From an uncultured bacterium (GTDB taxonomy: Bacteria > Zixibacteria > MSB-5A5 > GN15 > FEB-12), in NCBI GenBank assembly GCA_965372795.1, contig CBDVDR010000005.1, positions 32,001 through 96,000 on the forward strand: DNA of 64,000 nucleotides, given 5' to 3'. Shown here in pieces: positions 30,119 through 41,451 of this stretch; within the stretch, counting starts at the first letter, position 1, and every line of letters begins with the position of its first letter. The notes under the pieces are model-generated. The model did not search any database, was not told where the DNA came from, and worked only from the letters and a program-made list of their open reading frames with translations. Position numbers and translations under genes: made by a program.

Positions 30119-31381
30119 ATGAAAGTCGAAGTAAAAGAACTTGATCAGTTAAAAAGAGAAATTTCCGTTGAGATTCCTCCTGAAACTGTAAATAAAAAAA
30201 TTGAGATTGAACTCAAGGATCTTCAAAAGAAAGCCAAAATCAAAGGCTTTCGTCCCGGTAAGACTCCGATGAAAATTATCGAATCTAATTTTGGTGAAGA
30301 AGTTAAAGCCGATGTATTCGATAAGCTCATCAAAGAAACATATCCAAACATTATTAAAGAACAGGCTCTTGATGTAGCTTCCCACCCGACGGTTACAAAT
30401 ATTGATATGAGTGAAGAAGGCGTTTTCACTTATACTGCCCAGGTGGAAGTATATCCCAAAATTGATGATGTTACCATTGAGAATCTTGAATACCCCAAAG
30501 AAGAAACCGAAGCAACTGATGAAGAGGTTGACGAATATATCGAGATGGTTCGCAAGCAACACTCGACCCTGAACAAGGTAGAACGTAAAATCGAAGATAA
30601 AGATACGGTAGTGATTGATCTGGTAAAACTTGAAGATCCGAAAAATATCCTCAAGGAAGATAAATTCCCTGCTTCCGTAATTGATTTAAGCAACAAATTT
30701 ACGCTCAAAGAATTTCGCGAGGAATTGATAGGGATGTCAATCGGTGAAGAAAAAGATATCAACATTAATTATGCCGATGATTATCCGGATGAAAAATTTG
30801 CCGGAGCCGAAATAAAATATAATTGTAAAATTCGCGAAATCAACCAGAGGGTTCTACCGGAATTGAATGATGCCTTTGCAAAAACTTCGAAACTTGCAGA
30901 AACCGCCCTTGAATTAAAACTGAATGTTCGCAAAGAAATTAAGGCTCATAAAGAAGAACAGTTAAAGAAACAGCAGAAAAACACTATCATTTCTCAACTG
31001 GTCGCCAAAAACGAAATACCGGTTCCTCAGGCAGTCTTAAACAATTATCTGGATAATATTGTCGAAGATTTCAAGAAACAAGGACAGGAATTCAATGAAG
31101 AAGATGTCCGCAAACAGTACCGAGCTGTTGGCGAGATGACATTTCGGTGGAATTTGATGTATCATTTTCTGGCAAAGAAGGAAAAGATTGAAGTTTTGCC
31201 GGTAGATACCGAAAATCTGATAAGTAAGTTTGCTGAAAACTATAAGATGACGATTGAGCAGACTAAAGAAGCATTGCAACAATCCGGTAAGATTGCTGAT
31301 ATAAGAGAATCAATACTGGAAGAAAAAGTGCTCGATTATCTGTTTAGCAACGCCAAAGTAGTTAAGGCTGAAAAGAAATAA
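30119..31381 (+). CDS. tig: Trigger factor
   Basis: IKGFRPGKTP signature, LPELNDAFAK; tig-clpP-clpX order. Confidence 0.95.
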   Translation: MKVEVKELDQLKREISVEIPPETVNKKIEIELKDLQKKAKIKGFRPGKTPMKIIESNFGEEVKADVFDKLIKETYPNIIKEQALDVASHPTVTNIDMSEEGVFTYTAQVEVYPKIDDVTIENLEYPKEETEATDEEVDEYIEMVRKQHSTLNKVERKIEDKDTVVIDLVKLEDPKNILKEDKFPASVIDLSNKFTLKEFREELIGMSIGEEKDININYADDYPDEKFAGAEIKYNCKIREINQRVLPELNDAFAKTSKLAETALELKLNVRKEIKAHKEEQLKKQQKNTIISQLVAKNEIPVPQAVLNNYLDNIVEDFKKQGQEFNEEDVRKQYRAVGEMTFRWNLMYHFLAKKEKIEVLPVDTENLISKFAENYKMTIEQTKEALQQSGKIADIRESILEEKVLDYLFSNAKVVKAEKK

Positions 31382-31417
31382 AGGGATTTAAATTAATTAA
31401 GAGAAGGTTCAATTCAA

Positions 31418-32035
31418 ATGAACGAAACAATTACGAACAATCATTTAGTTCCGATGGTGGTCGAGCAGTCCGGTCGTGGCGAAAGAGCCTACGATATTTT
31501 TTCACGTCTGCTCAAGGATAGAATCATTTTTATCGGTACTCCTATTGATGACAATATCGCCAATCTGGTTATTGCCCAGCTTCTGTTCCTTGAAGCTGAA
31601 GATCCGGAAAAAGATATTTATATTTATATCAACTCTCCGGGTGGATCAGTTACTGCCGGTATGGCAATTTATGATACTATGCAGTTTATCAAACCTGATA
31701 TTGCAACAACCTGTATGGGCATCGCTGCATCTATGGGAGCGTTCCTGCTTTGTGCCGGAACCAATGGCAAACGAGCCGGACTTCCAAACAGTCGCGTAAT
31801 GATTCATCAGCCATTAGCCGGTACTCAGGGTCAAATCTCTGATATTGTTATTATGACTGAAGAATTTCAAAATACAAAAAAACGTCTTAATGATCTGTTA
31901 GTTTATCATACCGGACAAGATTTGAAAAAAATTGAAGTCGATACCGATAGAAACTTTTTCATGTCTGCTGATGAAGCAAATGAATATGGGATTATTGACA
32001 AAGTGTATCAATTTAGCCGGGAAGAAAAAAAATAA
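31418..32035 (+). CDS. clpP: Clp protease proteolytic subunit
   Basis: [31 protein letters not shown]. Confidence 0.98.
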   Translation: MNETITNNHLVPMVVEQSGRGERAYDIFSRLLKDRIIFIGTPIDDNIANLVIAQLLFLEAEDPEKDIYIYINSPGGSVTAGMAIYDTMQFIKPDIATTCMGIAASMGAFLLCAGTNGKRAGLPNSRVMIHQPLAGTQGQISDIVIMTEEFQNTKKRLNDLLVYHTGQDLKKIEVDTDRNFFMSADEANEYGIIDKVYQFSREEKK

Positions 32036-32051
32036 GTTTGGTTAAAAAATT

Positions 32052-33332
32052 ATGAGTAAGGGTAAAACACCTCCCACCACTCCACAGCGATGTTCATTCT
32101 GTGGAAAGCCTGCCAGTCAGGTTAAAAAACTATTTAGCGGACACGATTCGTTTATCTGTAACGAGTGTGTCGAGTTATGCGGTGATTTGATGGAAAACGC
32201 CCCGGTAACTGCCGAGCGTTCCAATGAAATCACCGATCTCCCTTCCCCTGCTGAAATTAAGAATTTTCTCGATCAATGGGTTATTGGTCAGGATGACACA
32301 AAAAAAACCGTTGCCGTAGCTGTGTATAATCATTATAAGCGGATTAATTCGCAACTAAATCGACATCTGGAAAGCTATAACGATGAGTCGGATGTGGAAC
32401 TTGAAAAGTCTAACATTCTGCTTATCGGTTCAACCGGTACCGGAAAAACATTGATTGCCAGGTCACTGGCAAAATATCTCAAAGTGCCATTTACAATTGC
32501 CGATGCAACCGTTCTTACCGAAGCCGGTTATGTTGGTGAAGATGTTGAGAATATTCTTGTTCGACTTTATCAGTCGTCCGATTTTAATCAAACTAAAACC
32601 GAACGCGGAATTATCTATATTGATGAGATTGATAAAATCTCCCGTCGGGACGGCAATCCATCAATCACCCGTGATGTTTCAGGTGAGGGTGTCCAGCAGG
32701 GATTATTGAAAATCCTTGAAGGTACCATTGCCAATATCCCGCCAAAAGGCGGCAGGAAGCATCCCGAACAATCATTTGTTCCGATCAATACATCCAACAT
32801 CCTTTTCATCTGCGGTGGTGCTTTTGATGGTTTGGAAAAAATGATTGCAAGGCGCTTAGGTAAAAAAACAGTTGGCTTCGAAACTGACAAAAAGTTTATT
32901 GATCATTCCTCAGCGGACATTCTCGATTTTGTCACTCCATCCGATCTGATCGAATTTGGTTTGATACCTGAGATGGTCGGAAGACTTCCGGTTTATGCCA
33001 CTTTAAAGCCGCTTGATGAGGAGGCTCTTTTAAATATCCTGACTCAACCCAAAAACGCTATTATCAAACAGTATGCAAAACTACTGGCGATGGATGGTGT
33101 TAAACTAACGGTTACACAAGATGCGCTTGAAGCCGCTGTTGAACTGGCTATCGAAAGAAAAACCGGTGCCAGAGCATTGCGTTCAATCTTTGAAAAAGCA
33201 ATGCTTGAGGTTATGTACGAGGTGCCTTCAACTCCAGAGATTGCTGAAGTGATAGTTTCTGCGGAAACTATTATTGACGGTAAACAGGCAAAACTTGTGA
33301 TGCACAATGATAATGACAAAAAAGCTTCTTAG
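32052..33332 (+). CDS. clpX: Clp protease ATP-binding subunit ClpX
   Basis: CSFC/CNEC zinc finger, [31 protein letters not shown]. Confidence 0.98.
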   Translation: MSKGKTPPTTPQRCSFCGKPASQVKKLFSGHDSFICNECVELCGDLMENAPVTAERSNEITDLPSPAEIKNFLDQWVIGQDDTKKTVAVAVYNHYKRINSQLNRHLESYNDESDVELEKSNILLIGSTGTGKTLIARSLAKYLKVPFTIADATVLTEAGYVGEDVENILVRLYQSSDFNQTKTERGIIYIDEIDKISRRDGNPSITRDVSGEGVQQGLLKILEGTIANIPPKGGRKHPEQSFVPINTSNILFICGGAFDGLEKMIARRLGKKTVGFETDKKFIDHSSADILDFVTPSDLIEFGLIPEMVGRLPVYATLKPLDEEALLNILTQPKNAIIKQYAKLLAMDGVKLTVTQDALEAAVELAIERKTGARALRSIFEKAMLEVMYEVPSTPEIAEVIVSAETIIDGKQAKLVMHNDNDKKAS

Positions 33333-33347
33333 CAGTTTTCAAATATT

Positions 33348-33382
33348 GAAAAAAACCGGAATCAGTTGATTCCGGTTTTTTC
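33348..33382 (+). terminator. Rho-independent terminator after clpX (possibly bidirectional)
   Basis: AAAAAACCGGAATCA-GT-TGATTCCGGTTTTTT inverted repeat. Confidence 0.85.
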
Positions 33383-33542
33383 ATATCTTATATTAAGGGG
33401 CAGACGAGGGCGTCTACCGCCCACACCGATTAACCTAATGTAATTTTAGCTTCAATTTCGATATATTTCTGATCTACTGCCTTCAATATAATTATCAATT
33501 TATCCATTAAAAATCGATCAAATATTCCGATATATATATCAA

Positions 33543-34094
33543 ATGAAAGGTCAACTTATGTCGTTTAGAAAACTACTTGTTTTAGCAATATTAGCTATTT
33601 GTCTGACTTCCTGTCAGAGTCATCAAAAACTTGAAATAACAAAAATATCATCGCTGGCAGAAAATCTTTCAATAAAGTTTGATAAAATCAGTGATTTCAT
33701 AGAAAACAATCATTTTGACAGTCTCGAAACTCTTATCGACCCGATTGAATTGATATCTTTAAAGTTCAAAGCCGAAGTAAATCGTACCCGCGATATTAAT
33801 CATTATATAAAGAGGAACTATTCCTCACTGCCACATACTGATACTTTGCAATTCTATGAAATAAAAAATACGGAAAATTTCATTCGGGTTACCTACATTG
33901 GCGACGGTAATAAGTACCAAAATAAAACCGAACGAGTTCTTTATACTTTTCTATTATTTAGAAACTGTGAATCAGTTTGGAAACTTGCGGCAACATCTTC
34001 AATTGAAAAAGAGAGATTTGACAGTTACGGTAACGAGATGACATTTCACGAGACTGAACTCCCCGCGCTGTTTAGATTTCCAAGAATTATATAA
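33543..34094 (+). CDS. Hypothetical lipoprotein
   Basis: Signal peptide with lipobox LTSC. Confidence 0.6.
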   Translation: MKGQLMSFRKLLVLAILAICLTSCQSHQKLEITKISSLAENLSIKFDKISDFIENNHFDSLETLIDPIELISLKFKAEVNRTRDINHYIKRNYSSLPHTDTLQFYEIKNTENFIRVTYIGDGNKYQNKTERVLYTFLLFRNCESVWKLAATSSIEKERFDSYGNEMTFHETELPALFRFPRII

Positions 34095-34130
34095 TTATCG
34101 GTTGAATTTCAATGGCAAAAAACAACGCTG

Positions 34131-35303
34131 CTACCCTTTGATATTGAAAATCGGTTTTAATTCTGTTTTAATATCAACCAGTTCCTCTTGATAGCCCATG
34201 ACCATTTTAATATTTTTATAAGCATCCGGCGCCTCATCGAGATGATTTTTATTTACCGACTCCGAGTAGATACCATCCATTTGATCCCTGAACTTGTTTA
34301 TTTCAATCACTCGTTTTGCCTGCCTGCGAGACATCACCCTCCCGGCACCATGAGCGCAAGAATTAAATGAATCATCATTACCCTTGCCACTAACAATATA
34401 AGAGGGATTTGCCATAGATCCCGGAATTATACCAACGGTATCGCTTGAGGCTTTGGTGGCTCCTTTTCTATGCACCCAAACATAACTTCCAAAATGTTTT
34501 TCCCGTTCAGCATAGTTATGATGAATATTTATGGTCGATTCAAATTTGACTTTTTGGAAAATATCTTCAATGATAGATTTAACAATCTCAACCATAACAA
34601 AACGATTCTGACGGGCAAACTCCATCGAAAAACTCATATCATCAATGTATTTGATACCAAGATCTGAATCCTCTTCCAAAAAATCCAAACCGGCTAAATT
34701 TTGATGGTTCTTTTTTGATATTTTGCGGGCCAGTTTGATATATTCAGTCGCCAGTAAATTGCCAATATTTCTTGAACCGGAATGTAACATAATCCAGATA
34801 TTATCATTTTCATCTTTTTGGAGTTCAATAAAATGATTCCCGCCCCCAAGTGTTCCCAACTGGGGCAGAACCTTATTTTTGCTCCATTTCTCATATGGTT
34901 TAATATCATTCAGAAGATTTTTCGAGCTAAACTTGTAAACATCTTTCATCTGTCCGGGATTTCTATGCTCAAATCCGAGCGGTATCCGGTGGAGAATTCT
35001 ATTGTGAATATTTTTCATTTGTGGTTTTATTTCTGAAAGATCAAGATCCGTTTTAACCGCACACATCCCGCAACCAATATCTACCCCGACCGCCGCAGGA
35101 ATTAACACACCTTCCATTGGCAGAACCGCCCCGATTGTGGCACCAATCCCCATATGAACATCCGGCATTATAGACACCCATTTATAAATTCTTGGGTGGT
35201 TAGCCATATTATAGACCTGTTCCAATGCCGAAGATTCAATATCTTCCTTTGGAATCCATAATTTGGCTTTAATATTACCTTTACTGTCAGTTATAATATT
35301 CAT
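34131..35303 (-). CDS. rtcB: RNA ligase RtcB
   Basis: MPDVH, GVDIGCGM, GTLGGGNHFIE, HSGSR, HHNY, HRKGA, HGAGR, DEAPDAYK. Confidence 0.95.
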   Translation of the reverse strand: MNIITDSKGNIKAKLWIPKEDIESSALEQVYNMANHPRIYKWVSIMPDVHMGIGATIGAVLPMEGVLIPAAVGVDIGCGMCAVKTDLDLSEIKPQMKNIHNRILHRIPLGFEHRNPGQMKDVYKFSSKNLLNDIKPYEKWSKNKVLPQLGTLGGGNHFIELQKDENDNIWIMLHSGSRNIGNLLATEYIKLARKISKKNHQNLAGLDFLEEDSDLGIKYIDDMSFSMEFARQNRFVMVEIVKSIIEDIFQKVKFESTINIHHNYAEREKHFGSYVWVHRKGATKASSDTVGIIPGSMANPSYIVSGKGNDDSFNSCAHGAGRVMSRRQAKRVIEINKFRDQMDGIYSESVNKNHLDEAPDAYKNIKMVMGYQEELVDIKTELKPIFNIKG

Positions 35304-35474
35304 TTAATAATTCTCATATCTTATTTAACTTAATAAATATATTATAATTTTGAAACTTCAATAATAATAGCTTTCGGTTCAGAATGTTAACTTAATAGCC
35401 TTAAGCAGCTTAAGAACTTTTGAATTGCTTGAGTGATTTATACTGCCTATATTACCACAAAAATGGAGAAATAT

Positions 35475-35816
35475 ATGTGTGACAGGGTAAAAAAGTTTAG
35501 AGAAGAACGTGAGCAATTAAATGAAATAGTATTGGGACAGGATGACATAAATATCAAAAGATTTTTTTCTCTTGATACTGCCGTCTATCGAGCGGGTGCT
35601 CTTGATGCAAAGACTAAAGAACTGCTTGGGTTGGTGGCATCATTAGTATTGCGTTGTGATGATTGTATTACTTACCATGTTATAAAGGTAAAAGAAGAAA
35701 AGACAACTGATGCTGAATTTAGTGAAGTTATGTCAATTGGTCTTGTTGTTGGAGGATCTATCACTATTCCGCATGTCAGAAGAGCGTATAAACTCTGGGA
35801 AGATTTAAATAATTGA
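35475..35816 (+). CDS. Carboxymuconolactone decarboxylase/AhpD-like protein
   Basis: LDAKTKELLGLVASLVLRCDDCITYH; start moved to the ATG after SD GGAG. Confidence 0.85.
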   Translation: MCDRVKKFREEREQLNEIVLGQDDINIKRFFSLDTAVYRAGALDAKTKELLGLVASLVLRCDDCITYHVIKVKEEKTTDAEFSEVMSIGLVVGGSITIPHVRRAYKLWEDLNN

Positions 35817-35828
35817 GGATTTTAATTT

Positions 35829-36734
35829 ATGAAAAATGTTAAAAATTTATTGACCCTGTTATTAATTATCTCTGCTATTTCTCTTACAACAAACTCATTT
35901 GCACAAACCGAAAAAGAAGTGCCGCTAATTGTTAAGCAGTATAGACAATCATACAGTTTTATCAGTATGTCTGATTCTATTTATACGTCTCAATCCGAAT
36001 TTATTTTACCTGATGGTTTTTCTTATCCAGAGCCTAATAAAATGACTTCTTTTCAAAACTGGATATCCAATTTCCCTTTGTGGCACAAATACAAACCAAT
36101 CGGCATCTGGAAAGGGAGCAAAAAATATGAATATGGCGAGGTTGCTCGTGGAGTTCATCTTCCCTGGACCGGAAAAATATATACCGATCTGAATTTCCCG
36201 ATTCGATTTTTGGGAGAATTTGTTCTTTACAAGAAGAATGATCTTAAATTTTCATTTACACCTATGAAAGGCGATGACCTTTTGTATTCAGATTGGCTGG
36301 AAAGTATACCAAAATATAGTGGGCAAAAAGAAGTTATGCTGGTTCCCGATATGAAACGCGATGCCAGCGAAACTGAGTTTTTTAAATTTATGCACTTTTG
36401 CATGGTCAATAATCATTATTTTAATCTGACTAGAAATTGCGATTCCTTATCTGAAGCTGAGGTTATGCCGGGAGATATGTTTATTGCCCGTAATAAAAAT
36501 GGGCGTAAAGGACGCGTACTTTTTATTATGAATATGATTCAAAATAAAAAGGGAAATAAATTATACACATTTGCAACCGGATGCGAGGATGATGCCTGTG
36601 ATATGCATATCCCTCTTATGAATAATGACCGTAACAACCCCTGGGTAACTTTGGATCAGGTTAAAACCTATGTTGAGCCATTTGAACAAAGAGGTTTTTA
36701 CAGATTTAAATTGTTATCAGACTTTGATAATTGA
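35829..36734 (+). CDS. Secreted protein, distantly DUF4846-like
   Basis: Signal peptide; PDGF..SFQNWISNFPL, PGDMFI, MHI..N....PW pattern. Confidence 0.5.
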   Translation: MKNVKNLLTLLLIISAISLTTNSFAQTEKEVPLIVKQYRQSYSFISMSDSIYTSQSEFILPDGFSYPEPNKMTSFQNWISNFPLWHKYKPIGIWKGSKKYEYGEVARGVHLPWTGKIYTDLNFPIRFLGEFVLYKKNDLKFSFTPMKGDDLLYSDWLESIPKYSGQKEVMLVPDMKRDASETEFFKFMHFCMVNNHYFNLTRNCDSLSEAEVMPGDMFIARNKNGRKGRVLFIMNMIQNKKGNKLYTFATGCEDDACDMHIPLMNNDRNNPWVTLDQVKTYVEPFEQRGFYRFKLLSDFDN

Positions 36735-36741
36735 GAGTAAT

Positions 36742-37926
36742 ATGAATATAAAAAATGATATTTTAAATAAAGTTAAAGCCCAACATAAAGAACAGATCAA
36801 ACACCGCCGTCATATTCATCAGAATCCGGAAATTTCTTATCAGGAAATAAAAACTACTGCTTATTTAAAACAGGAAGTAAAAAAACTTGGGTTGAAAATA
36901 CTCCCGTTAAAAATGGAAACAGGTCTACTTGCTGAAATAAAAGGCGCTCACCCGGGACCAACCATTGCAATCAGAACCGACATTGATGCTTTACCGATTA
37001 CCGAGCAAACGAAGCTTCCTTTTAAATCAAAAAATATAGGCTGTATGCACGCTTGCGGACATGATATGCATATGGCAACAATATTAGGGACCGCCAAAGT
37101 TCTGTCTCAAATGAAAGAACATCTTCACGGCAATGTAAGATTTCTATTTCAACCGGCCGAAGAGGTCCCGCCCGGAGGCGCCAAAACGATGATTGAACTG
37201 GGTGCCCTTGATGGGGTTTCGATGATTTTTGGTCTTCATGTTGATCCGCATCTTGCAACCGGTAAAATCGGGCTTCGTGATGGGATAACAATGGCGGCAG
37301 TTACCGACCTTGATATTATTATTCATGGCAAAGGCGGTCATGCGGCAAGACCGCAATATGCTGTCGATGCAGTAGTGACTGCTACTGAGATTATCGAATC
37401 CTTACAAAAAATAGTATCAAGAGAAACCGACCCTATCTCTCCGGTTGTAATCACCTTTGGAAAAATAGAAGGCGGCACAGCTCGTAATGTCATCGCCGAA
37501 AAAGTTATACTTACCGGTACAATTCGCGCGCTCTCAGCTCAATCAGCCAAGCAGGTGCCGAAATTAGTTAAACGAACCGTTGATGCTATTTGTAAAGCTC
37601 GCGGTGCCAAAGCTGAAATTAATATTCTGGCGGCATATCCGGTGCTGGATAATCATCTGAAAGTTAACAAAATATTTAAAAAGAGTTATGATATATTGTT
37701 TGGTAAAGGGAAAATAGAAGTTACCGACCAGACCTTAGGCGGTGAAGATTTTGCTTATTATCAACAAATAGTACCCGGCGCAACTTTTAGAGTGGGAGTT
37801 ATGAATAAAAAAATCGGAGCCGATAAATCATGGCATTCATCATTGTTTATCGCCGATGAAAACGGATTGATCTATTCAACGGCGTTGTTGGTTGGGTCCA
37901 CTCTTGACTTTTTATCAGACAGCTAA
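36742..37926 (+). CDS. M20D family amidohydrolase
   Basis: RRHIHQNPE, RTDIDALP, MHACGHD, FQPAEE, GEDF. Confidence 0.92.
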   Translation: MNIKNDILNKVKAQHKEQIKHRRHIHQNPEISYQEIKTTAYLKQEVKKLGLKILPLKMETGLLAEIKGAHPGPTIAIRTDIDALPITEQTKLPFKSKNIGCMHACGHDMHMATILGTAKVLSQMKEHLHGNVRFLFQPAEEVPPGGAKTMIELGALDGVSMIFGLHVDPHLATGKIGLRDGITMAAVTDLDIIIHGKGGHAARPQYAVDAVVTATEIIESLQKIVSRETDPISPVVITFGKIEGGTARNVIAEKVILTGTIRALSAQSAKQVPKLVKRTVDAICKARGAKAEINILAAYPVLDNHLKVNKIFKKSYDILFGKGKIEVTDQTLGGEDFAYYQQIVPGATFRVGVMNKKIGADKSWHSSLFIADENGLIYSTALLVGSTLDFLSDS

Positions 37927-37935
37927 ATAAAACTG

Positions 37936-39414
37936 ATGACTACAAAAATTAAAATTTTCCTGTTGGTTCTCGGATTGTTCTGTCTACCTGCATTTAGTTC
38001 TACAACGGCAAGCGAACTGCCAATTGAGGTAGTAACCTATTCTAATTTTAATTATATTTTATATGTCACCAGTTCATTAAAACATACCTACTTCGCTACA
38101 ACAGAAGGCATTATCCGCTATAATAATATGGAAGAAAGCTGGGCTGAACCTCTTACAGGAACTTATGGGATTGACCATCAGGATATAAGGCGTATCTGGG
38201 TAGATAAGTTTGATGAAAAGCTGTTTGCTCAAACCGGATCATTTCTTTATGAATATGATTTCCTTTTTGAAAAATGGTTTCCATTATCAGAACTGCCTGC
38301 TTTTGAATATGATTTCCGGCATATCAAGGCTCCCGAATTTTTCCATCCGCCATCAGGATATATTTATTCTCCCGATGGCAGCCTGACTGATGCTTTTGGA
38401 CGAGATTATGTGTTGACCGATTTAATCAATGACGGCTCTGGAAATATCTGGATCGGCAGCTGGGGTTTGGGACCGATGCAATCAAGCGAATTAACTTCAT
38501 CGCTGGAACTGTTGCCTTATGGTCTTTTACAAAAACGAGTTGATGCTATCTTAAATGATATGGGTACTTTGTGGGTTGGCGGGTATGCAATTGACCCGGT
38601 TCGGTCCGGGGTGACTATCTTTAATCCCGATGATGATAATTTCAGCTATATAGAATCCGGTCTTCAACTCTATTTTCCGGTTGTCAACATCAGCTGTTTT
38701 GAACAGTTTAATGATTTGATGGTAATCGGTTCAGATAATGGCGTATATTTTGTAGATAAAGAAAAATTTGATGTCTCTGAAAATCTCAATCGCAGAGATG
38801 GAATAACCGACAATAAAATTCTTAGCCTGTTGGCAATTGGTGATACTCTTCTGGTGGGAACTGCCAATGGAATGAATATGGTTACTTCATCCGGCAAGGA
38901 TGTACAACTGGTTTACCCGTCTGAATTTATAAACAAAGTCATATATGATTTCCAACTGGTTGATTCGTCGGTTTGGATTGCAAGCTCATACGGTGTTTAC
39001 CGGATGGCAATTCCATCAGGGAAACTTCAGCAATTCCAGGACAATGAAATGTTCATATTTAATGATGTCTATGATATTGAGCAGTTCGATGATTTTCTCT
39101 TTTTCTCAACCAATAGCGGAGTTTTACAACTAAATATTATGACTGCCGAAATGGTGACTCACCCTTCACAGTCCCACCAATTCACGCCAAGGAAACTGGC
39201 CGTTAATGAAAAAATTATTGCCTTGGGATCAAATGATGGCTTAACAATCATCTTTTACGATAACGATCCGCCTTACAGCAGAACTTTTACAACCGAAGAC
39301 GGATTTCCATCAAACCGAATTTATTCACTTGAAATGGATGGGGATTTTCTATGGATCGGCACTGACAATGGATTAAGCCGATTTTGGTGGAATAATCCGA
39401 GTCGAGTTGATTAA
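37936..39414 (+). CDS. Secreted beta-propeller protein (two-component-regulator propeller-like)
   Basis: Signal peptide; repeated WIG/W.G/GT.NG blades, DGFPSNRIYSL..DGDFLWIGTDNGL. Confidence 0.7.
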   Translation: MTTKIKIFLLVLGLFCLPAFSSTTASELPIEVVTYSNFNYILYVTSSLKHTYFATTEGIIRYNNMEESWAEPLTGTYGIDHQDIRRIWVDKFDEKLFAQTGSFLYEYDFLFEKWFPLSELPAFEYDFRHIKAPEFFHPPSGYIYSPDGSLTDAFGRDYVLTDLINDGSGNIWIGSWGLGPMQSSELTSSLELLPYGLLQKRVDAILNDMGTLWVGGYAIDPVRSGVTIFNPDDDNFSYIESGLQLYFPVVNISCFEQFNDLMVIGSDNGVYFVDKEKFDVSENLNRRDGITDNKILSLLAIGDTLLVGTANGMNMVTSSGKDVQLVYPSEFINKVIYDFQLVDSSVWIASSYGVYRMAIPSGKLQQFQDNEMFIFNDVYDIEQFDDFLFFSTNSGVLQLNIMTAEMVTHPSQSHQFTPRKLAVNEKIIALGSNDGLTIIFYDNDPPYSRTFTTEDGFPSNRIYSLEMDGDFLWIGTDNGLSRFWWNNPSRVD

Positions 39415-39489
39415 TATTATTGTTTTATCATTGAATCTCAATGAGATATCTATTACTATATTGATGGAATTAATTTGCTATAAAATCTA

Positions 39490-40413
39490 ATGAAATTAAA
39501 ATTATTTGAACATTTCGGGCTTAAGTTATTTGCGATTATTATGGGATTGCTTTTGTGGTTTCATGTTGCTACTGAAAAAACATACAAGCACCAGATAAAT
39601 CTTCCCATTGCTGAAATCAGCTTAAGCGACGACCTTAGTATCGCCAGTGAATTGCCGGATTCACTCACAGTTATCGTAAACGCTACCGGTAAACAGTTAC
39701 TGCGCAAAAAATGGCGATCCCGAGGACTTAGAATCAATGCGACCCAATTTCATGCCGGTCGTCATAATCTCACGCTTAATACCCAAAACACATCTCTCTC
39801 AAGCGGTGAAGATCTTGTGTCGCTTGAGGAAATTATTTTCCCAACTTCGATACAACTAAATATTGATTTCAAACTCAAAAAAATAATTTATGTGTTACCG
39901 GATATAAATACAATTCCCGATGATGGATTTGCAGTCAGTGAAATAAATATTTCCGAACCGAACGAAATTACAATCTCAGGACCGAGATCAATTATTAAGA
40001 ATATTCATTCTGTGACAACCGAGCCCAAGAAATTAACCTCGCTTCGAAATGACATCAGTTTAACCCTGGCAATTTTAAGACCCGGAAACGGTAATGTCAC
40101 CCTTGATCCTGATTCGGTTGAAGTTAACATAAAAGTTGTGCCGGTTAAGACAAGGGTTTTTGAGGCAATACCGATTGTTATATTTAACTCCCCTTCTACA
40201 ACCGGTTTTAGGACTGTTCCTGAATTCATTAAAATCGAATTAACCGGACCGCCTGAAGAAATCACTAATATGAGCAGTAATAATATTATCGCTTCCGTAG
40301 ATTATTTAACCGCCGACAGTATTAGTCTGATTGCGGCAGTTAAAGTAGAATGTCCGGCTCGTTTCCAGATCAAATCAATATCAAGCGATTCAATAAAAAT
40401 TATTGAGCAATAA
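39490..40413 (+). CDS. YbbR/CdaR-like protein
   Basis: N-terminal TM (LKLFAIIMGLLLWFHV), repeated P..I.I.GP beta domains. Confidence 0.75.
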   Translation: MKLKLFEHFGLKLFAIIMGLLLWFHVATEKTYKHQINLPIAEISLSDDLSIASELPDSLTVIVNATGKQLLRKKWRSRGLRINATQFHAGRHNLTLNTQNTSLSSGEDLVSLEEIIFPTSIQLNIDFKLKKIIYVLPDINTIPDDGFAVSEINISEPNEITISGPRSIIKNIHSVTTEPKKLTSLRNDISLTLAILRPGNGNVTLDPDSVEVNIKVVPVKTRVFEAIPIVIFNSPSTTGFRTVPEFIKIELTGPPEEITNMSSNNIIASVDYLTADSISLIAAVKVECPARFQIKSISSDSIKIIEQ

Positions 40414-41416
40414 GATGATTACCCTCGGAATAGAAACCTCCTGTGATGAAACATCCTGCGCCGTTGTCAAAGACGGCGAACAGATTCTTTCTAATATTAT
40501 ATATTCACAGGAAGACCACCAAAAATTCGGCGGGGTTGTTCCCGAAGTTGCCAGTCGGGCACATGTAAAGAAAATCGTTCCGATATATGAACAGGCATTG
40601 AAAGAAGCTGATCTACCAATTGAGAAAATAGATTTAATCGCCGCGACCATGGGTCCCGGACTGGTCGGACCGTTGCTGGTCGGACTCACTTTTGCCAAAG
40701 GTCTTGCCTTTGCCAGCGGTAAACAATTTATTCCGGTTAATCATATGGAAGGGCATCTGGCGGCAAACATTCTGGAGCATCGCGAGCTTGATGAAAAACA
40801 CCTGACCCTTATTGTTTCGGGTGGTCATACAATGCTGGTCGAAATAAACGGATTCGGGAATTATGAACTGCTCGGGCAAACAATCGACGATGCTGCCGGA
40901 GAAGCGTTTGATAAAGTTGGAAAAATAATGGGGCTTGGCTATCCCGGCGGAATTGCAATTGATAGACTTGCCAAGCAAGGCAACTCGTCATATGTAAAAT
41001 TCCCCCGCCCGTTGGTTCATGAGAAAAGTTACCGCTTCTCATACTCCGGCTTGAAAACTGCCGTAGCATTATATATTAAGAAACTCAGCCCTGAAGAATT
41101 TGAAAAACATAAGGCTGACATTGCCGCCTCGTTTCAGGAAGCAGCCGTTGAAGTGCTGGTAATCAAAACGCTCAAGGCTGCAATTGAGAAAAATATTCGC
41201 CATGTAACATTATCCGGCGGGGTTGCTGCCAATAGCCGACTTCGCTCAATGATGAAAGAGAAACTTGAAAATAATAAGCTTCGCTTGTTTTATCCTTCTA
41301 TTAAACTTTGCACCGATAATGCTGCGATGATTGCGGCTGCCGGTACCTATAGATTTGAAAAGGAAGGACCGGGCGAGTTTGCCGCCAATGCAATCCCCTA
41401 TCTGAGATTAGTTTAG
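40403..41416 (+). CDS. tsaD: tRNA N6-threonylcarbamoyladenosine synthesis protein TsaD
   Basis: LGIETSCDET, GGVVPEVASRAH, VNHMEGH, SGGHT, DDAAGEAFDK, CTDNAAMI. Confidence 0.97.
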   Translation: MSNKMITLGIETSCDETSCAVVKDGEQILSNIIYSQEDHQKFGGVVPEVASRAHVKKIVPIYEQALKEADLPIEKIDLIAATMGPGLVGPLLVGLTFAKGLAFASGKQFIPVNHMEGHLAANILEHRELDEKHLTLIVSGGHTMLVEINGFGNYELLGQTIDDAAGEAFDKVGKIMGLGYPGGIAIDRLAKQGNSSYVKFPRPLVHEKSYRFSYSGLKTAVALYIKKLSPEEFEKHKADIAASFQEAAVEVLVIKTLKAAIEKNIRHVTLSGGVAANSRLRSMMKEKLENNKLRLFYPSIKLCTDNAAMIAAAGTYRFEKEGPGEFAANAIPYLRLV

Positions 41417-41451
41417 GAATTTCCTGATTCGTATTGAATGAAATTATATTT

